64,000 nt of DNA from Bdellovibrionales bacterium (lineage in GTDB: Bacteria > Bdellovibrionota > Bdellovibrionia > Bdellovibrionales > JAUICD01): contig OZ241865.1 of the NCBI GenBank assembly GCA_965203275.1, forward strand, positions 1,952,001 to 2,016,000, written 5' to 3'. The translations under genes were made by a program, and so were the position numbers. Of this stretch, positions 9,411 through 19,415 are shown piece after piece (the first letter of the stretch is position 1; each line of letters begins with the position of its first letter). The notes below the pieces were generated by a model. That model did not search any database. It worked only from the letters and a program-made list of their open reading frames with translations, and was not told the DNA's origin.

Positions 9411-11433
9411 GCCTGATATTCGTCCTGATCATTTTAAGATTGTTCAAGATATTTTGAATCAGCACCTTGCAAGTGATGTGAAGGTGTGGGTTTATGGTAG
9501 TCGGGCTAAGTGGACGACCCTTGATTCTTCTGACTTGGATTTGGCCTTAGAAGGCAAAGGGCCAGTGGCTTATAATGTGATGAGCCGTTTAAATATTGAT
9601 TTTAAAAATTCTGATTTGCCTTATGAGGTTGATCTAAGAGACATGGCTACAGTGCAACCTTTTTTTAAAAATATTATCAATAAAGACAAAATTCTGCTCG
9701 ATCGTTTTTCTCCCTTAAAAGATGCCTTTATTGATATCACTTCTTTGCAAAAAATATTGATTTTAAAGTTATTAAAAAAATATGTACCTGAATGGGAGGT
9801 GTGGGTTTATGGCTCTCGTGTGAAGTGAAGTGCAAAACCATCGTCTGATTTAGATATGGTGGTCTTTGCTAAGGATGAGGATCAGGATGATGAGGATCAG
9901 GATCAGAGTAAGGTTGATGAATTAAGACAAGCCTTTAAAGATAGTGATTTGCCTTTTTGTGTAGATTTGTTTGTTTGGAGTCAGATACCTGAAAGATTCC
10001 ATCAGGAGATTAAGAAGGATCACGTGGTTTTACAGAGGAAGGCAGGGAACAGCAGGGCTTTGCCTAAAGGTTGGAAAGAAGTCAGGCTTGGTGATTATTG
10101 TCCTTTTATATATGGCAAAGGATTATCTAAAAAAGATCGAGTCATTGGCAAAGTACCTATATATGGATCAGGTGGAATTATTGGATGGCATTCTACTGCT
10201 TATGTTCAAAGTCATGGGATAATTATTGGTCGGAAAGGTACTGTTGGATCTATTTACTTATCTAAGAAGCCTTTTTGGCCAATTGATACAGTGTATTACA
10301 TATCTAAAAAAAATAAATTAGAACTATATTTTACCTATTATTTATTAAAATCATTACCATTGCCAGATATGAATAGTGATTCTGCTGTCCCTGGTTTAAA
10401 TAGAGAAAATGCTCATGCTTTGAAGATTGCTATGCCTATTTCAGTAACAGATAGAAACAAAATTGCTCGAATTTTATCTTCGTTGGATGATAAAATAGAG
10501 TTGAACAGGCAAATCAATAAAACGTTGGAGAGGATGGCACAGGCGATTTTTAAGTCTTGGTTTGTGGATTTTGACCCTGTGTATGCTAAGAAGTTTGCTT
10601 TAGAGGCCGGGCGATCACAGCAACAAGCAGAGCAAGCCGCAATGGCTGTGATTGCAGGAGTCTGCACACCCAAAGAATCTGCTACTCAATTCAAAGAGAT
10701 GAATGCCAAGCTAGATGAAAAGTTAGCAAAGATGAGCAAAGAGCAAGTGAAACATTTAACTCACACAGCCTCACTCTTCCCAAGTGAGTTAAAAGACAGC
10801 CCCCTCGGCCCTCTCCCCACCAGTTGGTCTTGTAAGAGTATAAAAGAAATAGCAAACGTTGTTTGTGGAAAAACTCCTTCTAAAAAAATAAAAACATATT
10901 TTTCTGGAAAAATTCCATTTATCAAAATACCAGATATGTATAATAAAACGTTTGTATTTAATACGGAAGATTCTTTAACAGAAGAAGGAAAAATTTCTCA
11001 AGATGCTAAAACAATTCCACCAAAGTCCATCTGTGTAAGTTGTATTGCAACAGTAGGGCTGGTTTCTATGAATGCTACTGAAAGTCAGACAAATCAACAA
11101 ATAAATTCTATAATTCCTAAAAAAGTGCAGTATATATATTTCATTTACCTTTTTATGAAATCACCTTATACTTTTACTTTATTAAGAACAATGGCAAGTG
11201 GTGGAACGGCTACAATGAATCTTAATACTAAAGATTTTTCCAATATTACGGTTAAAATGGTGAGTGAAGATTTAATATCTGAATTTCATGATTTCATCAC
11301 ACCATTTTTTGAAAAAATATTTATCAATCAATTACAAATTCAAAATCTTGAAAAAATAAGAGATACACTATTGCCAAAGCTTTTATCCGGTGATATAAAT
11401 ACCTCAAACATTTCAATAAAGGAGTTTCTATGA
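9403..11433 (+). CDS. hsdS: MNT-MNT-HsdS fusion (two minimal nucleotidyltransferase domains plus type I RM specificity subunit), interrupted by in-frame TGA at 9826-9828
   Basis: GSRAKW...SDLDL and GSRVK*SAKPSSDLDM; ORFs 9403-9828 and 9856-11433 are in the same frame. HsdS motifs LPKGWKEVRLGD, LDDKIELN...LE..AQAIFKSWFVDF, RDTLLPKLLSG. Confidence 0.88.
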
Positions 11434-13847
11434 GCATTAATGCTATTCCACAAATAATATATGAATGTCCAATATGGGGAGCATCATCTCCAGATTTTGA
11501 TTCTCAACCTAAATGTGAGTACAACAAAGATGAGGGATGTTACAAAGTATTTTCACCAAGAGCAGGAGGTACATATCGCATAAAACATGAAACTGCTAAG
11601 AAGTTAATAAATACAAGTGAGAAAAAATCCTCGTTTAATAATGTTTTTAGGGCCAAGCTTACAACTTGGCTTATTAAGCAAAGAAAACAAGGTGAAGAAA
11701 TCCCTTTAATCACTGACGAAGTTTTAGAACACGTTAATAAGAGAGGAAGACTTCCTATAAAAGAAAGAATCGATAATATCTTAAAATATATCCAAGAAAA
11801 AAATGAAGCAGGAGAAGTTTCTTTTTCTAAAAGCATAGTAAAAACATACTCTGAATGTGCCAATGATAGCGAATTTTTCTTAATATATAAAGAGTTGGAA
11901 AAATATGCTGAAATAACTGGATATGTAGGAGGAAAGTTAGATATCACTTTAAATGCTAAAGGCTTAGAACATCTAGAAGCTCTTAAAGCTAATCAAGTCG
12001 AATCAAGAAAAATAGCTTCTTCAGGTTTAGAACAGCTAGAAGCTCTTGAAAAAGTCAAATCAAAAAACAAAGCAAATCATGCAGAGAGCATATTGATTAA
12101 AACTATTAGGGTTGCTAATTTTAGAGGCCTTGAAAATATTGAGGTCGATTTGGAGTCAACCACAGTTTTAACTGGACTTAATAATACAGGTAAGACCTCT
12201 TTATTGCTTGCCTTTAAACTGGTCTTTAGAGATTATCGGTTTCTTTCTCAAGATGATTTTTTTATGAGAAAGAATAGCCAAGCAAAAAAGATCACCGTGG
12301 ATACTTTAATAATCCCTGTTGATCAACAAGGTCGACGTTGTGATACCTTTTCCGATGATTGGAAGAACGTATTTACAGAAGATAGAATCAAAATTGATAA
12401 ATCAGGTAAAAGCATTGTTCCTCTTAGGATAACTATTACTTTTGATCCCAGTATTAATAATTTTAAAAGAGAGCAATTTTCTATGAAGGGTTGGCCAGAC
12501 TTTCAATCAAATGGCTTGCATTGGTTTGATGAAGGGAATAATGGCCTAAAACGTAATTTTTACTTTAATGAGATACCATTTTTCGATATAGGTGTACAAA
12601 GAGATATTTTAAACGATATCAAGGAAAAAAAATCTTATTTAGGGAGAATGCTATCTAAAATAGATTATTCTCCAAAAGATATTCAAACTATTGAGGAGCA
12701 AATCAAATCACTTAATAAGAAAGCTGTTAATAGTAGTCATATTTTAAAGGAAATCACCACTACACTCAAAGAGCTTGGATCTGCTATAGGTAGCTCAAAA
12801 AGCAAGGTTGAAATAACACCTTTTACTAAAAAAATACATGATTTAAATAAAGGGCTTTCAATTTACTATTCTGATCAAGAAGAGAGTTTTTCTATGGAAT
12901 ATCATGGAATGGGTACTAGAAGCTGGTCCTCACTTTTAACACTAAAAGCATTTATTGCACTTCTCGCACAACGTGCAAAAGAGGAAAAAACAGTCTTTTT
13001 CCCTATCCTCACAATAGAAGAACCTGAAGCTCATTTACATCCTAATGCTCAAAAACAACTCTACCAACAAATAAATACTATTAAAGGGCAGAAAATTATT
13101 TCTACTCATTCTACCTATATACCTACTATTGCTCCTATAGAACAAATTAGAGGTTTATATAAAACAAATCAAATTATTCGTTGTGGCAAACTTGCAATAG
13201 ACGAATTATCAAATGATGATATAATGAACATAAAACGTAAAATAACCAACACAAGGGGGGAGATATTCTTTTCTCAATTTATTGTTTTTTGTGAAGGTGA
13301 GACTGAAAGGCAAGCCCTTCCTATACTTGCAGAAAAGTATTTTAACAAAAAACCTTTTGAAATAGGCTTAGATTTTATAGATGTAGGTGGAAAGGGTAAT
13401 TACCTCCCTTTTTTACAATTTGCTGAGGCATTTCATATCCCTTGGATAATTTTAAGTGATGGTGACGTTAGAGAAAATGTTGAAAAGCAAATATCTCAAA
13501 TTGACACAAAAAATAAAGAGGATAAGGTGATCTTTTTAGATGAAGGGAATGACTTTGAAAAGCAACTGATTAATGATGGGTTTACTGATGAAATAAAAAA
13601 GGCTCTTATTTCTTTAATAGATTATAAAAATGAGCAACATAAAATGAGTAAAGAGCAAGAAATTAAAAATTACAATTCAAAACAATTATATGATAATATG
13701 GTTAAAGATAAGGTAAAAATAGGACATGCTGTAGCAAAGGAAATATTTAAAAGCAAAAAAGATCTCCCACCTAAAATAAAAGAGCTATTTCAGAAAATAA
13801 ACGATGATTTAAAAATCAAGGATATTAACAATGGAAACTTCAGTTGA
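11430..13847 (+). CDS. OLD-family ABC-ATPase/TOPRIM nuclease (GajA-like) with an extra ~200-aa N-terminal domain
   Basis: NFRGL, Walker A GLNNTGKT, GMGTRS signature, IEEPEAHLHP, STHS, TOPRIM CEGETE and SDGD. Confidence 0.88.
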   Translation: MSINAIPQIIYECPIWGASSPDFDSQPKCEYNKDEGCYKVFSPRAGGTYRIKHETAKKLINTSEKKSSFNNVFRAKLTTWLIKQRKQGEEIPLITDEVLEHVNKRGRLPIKERIDNILKYIQEKNEAGEVSFSKSIVKTYSECANDSEFFLIYKELEKYAEITGYVGGKLDITLNAKGLEHLEALKANQVESRKIASSGLEQLEALEKVKSKNKANHAESILIKTIRVANFRGLENIEVDLESTTVLTGLNNTGKTSLLLAFKLVFRDYRFLSQDDFFMRKNSQAKKITVDTLIIPVDQQGRRCDTFSDDWKNVFTEDRIKIDKSGKSIVPLRITITFDPSINNFKREQFSMKGWPDFQSNGLHWFDEGNNGLKRNFYFNEIPFFDIGVQRDILNDIKEKKSYLGRMLSKIDYSPKDIQTIEEQIKSLNKKAVNSSHILKEITTTLKELGSAIGSSKSKVEITPFTKKIHDLNKGLSIYYSDQEESFSMEYHGMGTRSWSSLLTLKAFIALLAQRAKEEKTVFFPILTIEEPEAHLHPNAQKQLYQQINTIKGQKIISTHSTYIPTIAPIEQIRGLYKTNQIIRCGKLAIDELSNDDIMNIKRKITNTRGEIFFSQFIVFCEGETERQALPILAEKYFNKKPFEIGLDFIDVGGKGNYLPFLQFAEAFHIPWIILSDGDVRENVEKQISQIDTKNKEDKVIFLDEGNDFEKQLINDGFTDEIKKALISLIDYKNEQHKMSKEQEIKNYNSKQLYDNMVKDKVKIGHAVAKEIFKSKKDLPPKIKELFQKINDDLKIKDINNGNFS

Positions 13848-15774
13848 ACTATCTAAAGAACAAAAAGAAATTGCCTTTGCTGAAAATGGCCCTATATATG
13901 TGAAAGCAAGTGCAGGTAGCGGAAAGACAATGGCTTTAACAGAAAGGGTTCGATATCTTTTAAAGGACACAAAAGGGAAAATACTTGCTCTTACATTTAC
14001 AAACAAGGCAAGTAAGGAGTTGAAGGAGAGACTATCTGATATTCCGGTGTTAGAGCAGAGAACTTTTATTGGTACATTTCATGCCTTTTGTCAAAAGATG
14101 TTAGAAAATCACGGATATTTGATTGGTCTGAACAAAATGCCACATATTTTTGAACATGAAAATGACAGGTTAGAGATCATTAAACAAGCCCTTGAAGTCC
14201 CTTCATTTTTTGAGCATGAAAATGACAAGTTGGAGATCATTGAAAAAGCACTTGGAGTTACTCCATTTCTCAATAATGGCAAAATTCAAAATGAAAAATT
14301 ACAAGAATATTTTGAAAAAGCTTTGATGTGTATAATATCTAAAGTTAAAAGAGAGTTACTTCCGGAAAGTAAACTTAAAGAACATTTTAACGAAAATATA
14401 GTCTCTCTGTATAAAAATTATCAAGGTATACTAAGGTCTCAAAATGCTATCGACTTTGATGATCTTCTTTTATTAGCTTATGAACTCTTAGTGACTCATA
14501 CTGCTGTAACAGATCTTTATAGCAAAATCTTTTTTGCAATATGTGTCGATGAAGCTCAAGACCTTAACAATGCTCAATATAAATTTTTATCGGTATTAGC
14601 AAATGACAGTAAAAATATACTGATGGTAGGTGATCCCAACCAGTCTGTTTTTCATTTTGCTGGCTCAGATCATAAATATATGAAATTATTCGTCAAAGAT
14701 TTTAAACCAAAGACTTTTGAACTAAAAGAAAATTATAGATCTTCAAAAGAGATTTTAAAGGCAACTCAAAAGATTATGCCTGATGCTCAGGATATTCCTA
14801 ATACAGTGAAAGAAGGGATATTTGAAATGCATTGTCGGGAAAATGAAAAATCTGAAGCTCAATGGGTGGTTGATAAAATACAAAAACTTTGCTTAGAGAA
14901 AAGTTCTGAAGATATCGAAGGTGAAATAACTTATGAAAAGATGGCCATCCTTGCTCGTAACAAATATTTATTTCATCAAATAGAATGTAAATTAAAAGAG
15001 GCTGGTTTGCCTTATTATTATAGAGTAACTCCTGGCCCTATTCAATTTGAATCTCATTTGATGAAGTTATTTTATCTTGCTTTAAGAATAAAGCTTAATC
15101 CAGAGGATATTTTACATAAGCAAAAACTACTTGGCTTAATGGGAATACAAGATGCAGATACAAAAGATAAAACATTAAAAACATTGAACGATATTATTTC
15201 TTCTGTAGAAGATAAATTATATTATAAGCTTTTAAATTTAGTTAAAGATTTAGAAGATAATGGAAGTAACTTAAAAAAAAATCTAATAGAACTTCAAGAA
15301 AATATAAACAAAGAATTTCAACAAAATATAAGCAGTGATAAGGAAGATGAAAAAAACATGATTTTCAATGATGTTGATGAGCTATTAAAACATTGGAATA
15401 ATTATGCCCAAAGAACTGATCACAAATCATTATATCACTTCAGAAATGAAATGGCTATGGGGAAAACCCATCCTTTAATGAGGCAACAAGGTGTTACACT
15501 CAGCACAGTTCATACAATGAAGGGACAAGAATTTGATATAGTGTTTTTAATTGGTATGGATGATGGAACATTTCCAGATTATCGGGCTATTCAAAATGAA
15601 GGAAATGAAATGACACAAGAGAAGAATAACTTATATGTTGCTTTTACTCGTGCAAAGCGGTTTTTATATGTGACTTGGCCAAAAAAGAGGACAATGAAAT
15701 GGGGAGATATTAAAGAAAGAAAAATCTCAAGATTTTTAGAAAAACTTAATGATCTGTCAAAGAATGTTATATAA
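13831..15774 (+). CDS. UvrD/PcrA-like SF1 helicase (GajB-like)
   Basis: ASAGSGKT, LTFTNKA, DEAQD, VGDPNQS, NYRS, TVHTMKGQEF, YVAFTRAK; overlaps the OLD gene. Confidence 0.92.
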   Translation: METSVELSKEQKEIAFAENGPIYVKASAGSGKTMALTERVRYLLKDTKGKILALTFTNKASKELKERLSDIPVLEQRTFIGTFHAFCQKMLENHGYLIGLNKMPHIFEHENDRLEIIKQALEVPSFFEHENDKLEIIEKALGVTPFLNNGKIQNEKLQEYFEKALMCIISKVKRELLPESKLKEHFNENIVSLYKNYQGILRSQNAIDFDDLLLLAYELLVTHTAVTDLYSKIFFAICVDEAQDLNNAQYKFLSVLANDSKNILMVGDPNQSVFHFAGSDHKYMKLFVKDFKPKTFELKENYRSSKEILKATQKIMPDAQDIPNTVKEGIFEMHCRENEKSEAQWVVDKIQKLCLEKSSEDIEGEITYEKMAILARNKYLFHQIECKLKEAGLPYYYRVTPGPIQFESHLMKLFYLALRIKLNPEDILHKQKLLGLMGIQDADTKDKTLKTLNDIISSVEDKLYYKLLNLVKDLEDNGSNLKKNLIELQENINKEFQQNISSDKEDEKNMIFNDVDELLKHWNNYAQRTDHKSLYHFRNEMAMGKTHPLMRQQGVTLSTVHTMKGQEFDIVFLIGMDDGTFPDYRAIQNEGNEMTQEKNNLYVAFTRAKRFLYVTWPKKRTMKWGDIKERKISRFLEKLNDLSKNVI

Positions 15775-15797
15775 ATGTACAAAGGAGAAAAAGAATT

Positions 15798-16601
15798 ATG
15801 GAAGAAGACGGATGGAAATGCCCTTACTGTGGATCCTTGCAGGTTCTTCAAAAAAGTCAAAATGAAGTTATAAAAAAATTTATAAAAGACAAAGAAGAAT
15901 ATTATGATTTGGTCTCTATAAGCAAGTATGGTGAAATTGGACTTCGATTGCACAGCATTGCCTGTTTAAAATGTAAAGAATTAACTCTTAAAATAGATCT
16001 GGCCAAGGCTGGTTGTGATAAGCATAAACATCCAGAACATTCAGGATATTTAAAATCAGAATATTACTTAAAAGACCCTATCAAATCATGGTCTTTGATG
16101 CCTGATTCTAGAGCTAAACCTCAACCTGAGTATATTCCCAAAAATATTAGAGAAGGATATGAAGAAGCTTGTAAAGTAGCTGATTTGAGTCCTAAAGCTT
16201 CTGCTATACTTGCTAGAAAGTGTTTAGAAGCTATGATTAAAGACTTCTGCAAAATTAAAGGTTCAAAAAATCTTGCTACAATGATTGAAGAAATAAAAAA
16301 AACTAATACAAATTCAAGAGTTACAGAAGGATCAATAGAAGCAATTGATCATATTAGAAAGCAAGGTAATATAGCAGCCCATATAAAACAACCAACAAAC
16401 GAATTAATAAACGATATAAGCAAAGAAGATTCTGATTTGTTGATTGAACTTTTAGAAATGTTATTTCAAGAATGGTATATTGACAGTCATAAGAGAAAAG
16501 TAAGGCTATCAGAGATAAAAAAAAGAAAAAGCAAATCTTCCAGCAAAACTCAAAAAACAAAACAAGACAGTCAAAAACCCTCATCCTTATCTTCTACTTA
16601 A
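15798..16601 (+). CDS. DUF4145 (HEPN-like) protein with N-terminal Zn-ribbon
   Basis: CPYC...CLKC; SPKASA.LARKCLEAMIKD; IRKQGNIAAH. Confidence 0.8.
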   Translation: MEEDGWKCPYCGSLQVLQKSQNEVIKKFIKDKEEYYDLVSISKYGEIGLRLHSIACLKCKELTLKIDLAKAGCDKHKHPEHSGYLKSEYYLKDPIKSWSLMPDSRAKPQPEYIPKNIREGYEEACKVADLSPKASAILARKCLEAMIKDFCKIKGSKNLATMIEEIKKTNTNSRVTEGSIEAIDHIRKQGNIAAHIKQPTNELINDISKEDSDLLIELLEMLFQEWYIDSHKRKVRLSEIKKRKSKSSSKTQKTKQDSQKPSSLSST

Positions 16602-16661
16602 ACAAAGGAAGATAAAAGCTTTTGTGACTGGAGCAGTTCAACTAAAACTAAAGGAGATAAA

Positions 16662-17648
16662 ATGGTTTTTATACCTGATAATGAAATATATTATAGTTGT
16701 CCAATATGGGGAGCATCTTCAGATTTTGATTCTCAATTTAAATGTGAATACAACAAGGATGAAGGATGTTACAAAGTATTTTCACCAAGAGCAGGAGGCA
16801 CATATCGCATAAAATATGAAACTGCTAAGAAGTTAATAAATACAATTGAGAAAAAATCCTCGTTTAATGATATCTTTAGGGCTAAGCTTACAACTTGGCT
16901 TATTAAGCAAAGAAAACAAGGTGAAAAAATCCCTTTAATCACTGATGAGGTTTTAGAAAAAGTGAAAGAAAGAGGAAGACTTCCTATAAAAGACAGAGTT
17001 GATAATGTCTTGAAATATATCCAAGAAGAGGATAACACAAAAGAATTTCCTAGACATATTTTAAAAGCTTATTCTGAATGTGCCGATGACGATGAGTGGC
17101 ATGGTACAATATATGATAAACTTAAACAGTATGTCAATATAGAAGGAGAATATATAGGAAGCCAAACATTAAAAATCACTTTAAATGCTGAAGGTTTAGA
17201 AAGACTAGAAGCTCTTGAAACCAATAAAGATAGCAGACAAGTTTTTGTAGCAATGTGGTTTGATGACAGTATGAATGATATTTATGAGCAAGCCATTAAG
17301 CCCGCTATTGAAGAAACAGGCTATAAATCTATGAGAATTGACAAAAAACCACATAACAACAAAATTGATGATGAGATCATTGCAGAAATTAGAAGATCAA
17401 AATTCCTCATTGCAGATTTTTCTTATGGTGAAGATGGCATCAGAGGCAGTGTGTATTATGAAGCAGGTTTTGCTCATGGCTTAGGTATTCCAGTGATCTT
17501 CACTTGCCGTGCAAGCAATCAAGACAAACTGCACTTTGACACTCGTCAGTTCAATCACATCATTTGGAAAAAAGAAAAACCAGAGGAGTTAAAGAAAGCC
17601 TTGAAAAACCGCATCAGAGCCACCATCCACCACAATCCACCTGGATAA
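16662..17648 (+). CDS. Nucleoside 2-deoxyribosyltransferase/TIR-like effector with N-terminal domain shared with the OLD protein
   Basis: VFVAMWF...IKPAI...RID...IDDEIIAEIRRSKFLIADFS...VYYEAGFAHGLG.PVI..C...HFD. Confidence 0.75.
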   Translation: MVFIPDNEIYYSCPIWGASSDFDSQFKCEYNKDEGCYKVFSPRAGGTYRIKYETAKKLINTIEKKSSFNDIFRAKLTTWLIKQRKQGEKIPLITDEVLEKVKERGRLPIKDRVDNVLKYIQEEDNTKEFPRHILKAYSECADDDEWHGTIYDKLKQYVNIEGEYIGSQTLKITLNAEGLERLEALETNKDSRQVFVAMWFDDSMNDIYEQAIKPAIEETGYKSMRIDKKPHNNKIDDEIIAEIRRSKFLIADFSYGEDGIRGSVYYEAGFAHGLGIPVIFTCRASNQDKLHFDTRQFNHIIWKKEKPEELKKALKNRIRATIHHNPPG

Positions 17649-17784
17649 ACTACATACATTGCTCTTAGTTACTTTTTTAAATTTCTTCTTGATATAAAAA
17701 ATACACTATTATATTTTAAAAGCGTTTTTCATTAAGTCCCAACATTTAAGCCTAACATATCCCTTAACACAGCACTTTATAGAG

Positions 17785-19053
17785 ATGACCATGATAAAAC
17801 AAAGAGAAAGAGTAAATCAAATAAACCCTCAATATTTTCAACAGGAAGATTGGGATTTTAAAGATTCTGATACAAAAGAATTTACACATTGCTTCCACAA
17901 CTATCCAGCGATGATGATTCCTCAAATCCCTAGAAGACTGCTATATAAATATGGAGCTTTAGCAAAAACCCTTTTAGATCCTTATTGTGGCACAGGCACA
18001 TCATTTGTAGAAGCCAACCTACAAAATATCAATGCTATAGGGACAGACCTTAACCCCTTAGCAAGGTTGATTGCTAAGGCTAAGACAACCTCTATTGATT
18101 TTCAAGTATTGAATTTTTATCTTAACGAATTTAATGATTACATTCATAGTCAACCTAGCCTTTCTATCAAAATACCGCAATTTCATAATATTGACTTTTG
18201 GTTTAACCCCAAAACCAAAACAAAACTTACCTTGATAAAACAATATATTGAAAGCATTGACAGAATAAATGTTAAAAAATTCTTTTTAATTGCCTTGAGT
18301 GAAACAATCAGAGAATCATCTTTAACCAAAAAGAGTGAATTTAAACTTATTCGTATTCCGCAACATGAAAGCTTTCAGCCAGATAGTTTTAAAATCATCA
18401 AAACTAAATTATTAAGAAACAAAATAGGTCTTTTAAATTATATGAGGCAAAAACAAAATAGTGCTTCTGCTCAAATATATGATTTTAATACTGTAGATCA
18501 TATACCACAAAATATCATACCTAGGGGGTCTATTGACGTAGTGATCACATCGCCACCTTATGGTGATTCCAGAACCACTGTAGCTTATGGACAGTATAGC
18601 CGTCTTGCTTGTCAATGGATGGGCATTCAAAGTGCTTCAAGTATTGATAAAAATTTAATGGGCGGAATGAAATATAATACTCATGGAGTTTTTGACTCTG
18701 ATCACTTAAAAGTAACATTAGAAAAAATTGATCAGAAAGATTCTAAAAGAAGATTAGAAGTAGAGTCATTTTTTATTGATTATAGAAATTCTATCAATAA
18801 TATTTCACAGGTTTTAAAGAAAAAAGGCATTGTATGTTATGTGGTTGGTAACAGGACAGTTAAAGGGATCACTATCCCTACTGATTTGATCACAAAGGAT
18901 TTTTTTGAAAACAATGGATTGAGGCACATAGAAACCATCACAAGAAACATACCTCATAAAAGGATGCCATCTAAAAACTCACCTTCAAATATCTCAGGTC
19001 AAACAGAAACAACAATGAAAAATGAATTTATTATCATTTGTGAGAAACCATGA
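17785..19053 (+). CDS. Alpha-class N4-cytosine DNA methyltransferase (M.MvaI-like)
   Basis: HNYPAMMIP, LDPYCGTGT near the N-terminus, TSPPYGDSRTTVAYGQ later. Confidence 0.85.
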   Translation: MTMIKQRERVNQINPQYFQQEDWDFKDSDTKEFTHCFHNYPAMMIPQIPRRLLYKYGALAKTLLDPYCGTGTSFVEANLQNINAIGTDLNPLARLIAKAKTTSIDFQVLNFYLNEFNDYIHSQPSLSIKIPQFHNIDFWFNPKTKTKLTLIKQYIESIDRINVKKFFLIALSETIRESSLTKKSEFKLIRIPQHESFQPDSFKIIKTKLLRNKIGLLNYMRQKQNSASAQIYDFNTVDHIPQNIIPRGSIDVVITSPPYGDSRTTVAYGQYSRLACQWMGIQSASSIDKNLMGGMKYNTHGVFDSDHLKVTLEKIDQKDSKRRLEVESFFIDYRNSINNISQVLKKKGIVCYVVGNRTVKGITIPTDLITKDFFENNGLRHIETITRNIPHKRMPSKNSPSNISGQTETTMKNEFIIICEKP

Positions 19054-19189
19054 CATTAAAAGAAATCCAAAACCACCTTAATTTATTAAAAGATAAAGAC
19101 TTAATAAACTTATAAAACTTATGAAAAAGTTAAAACCATATAAGTTTTAGCTTCCTCGTCAGTCAAATTCAGAAACTACCTATTAACCT

Positions 19190-19412
19190 CACTCATAATA
19201 TTCTTTATTTTTTGAGAGTTACGCAGAATCTAAAAGAGAATAAAAAAACAAAATCTTTTTCCTTAACATTGTATTAAGAAATGAGGACATCCTCCTTCCT
19301 AAAATTGAACAAGCTTTTGAGGCAGTTAGCCTTTGATCGACGGCGTGAGCTGTCGGGCTAACTGCCCAAAAGTAGCCAGAGGCTAGTTCAATTTTAGGGA
19401 ATTAGTGAAACA
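19190..19412 (+). repeat. Partial family B module followed by one complete family A unit
   Basis: GAGAGTTACGCAGAATCTAAAAG, then CCTAAAATTGAAC...GTTCAATTTTAGG outer stem enclosing a GTGA-capped stem and TAGC-CAGAG-GCTA. Confidence 0.9.
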
Positions 19413-19415
19413 AAC

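Noticed and set aside
9826..9828. TGA-as-Trp genetic code or selenocysteine
   Set aside because: TGA ends other genes here (cas9, 19053, 62709), Trp is encoded by TGG elsewhere, and the position corresponds to Trp, not Cys.
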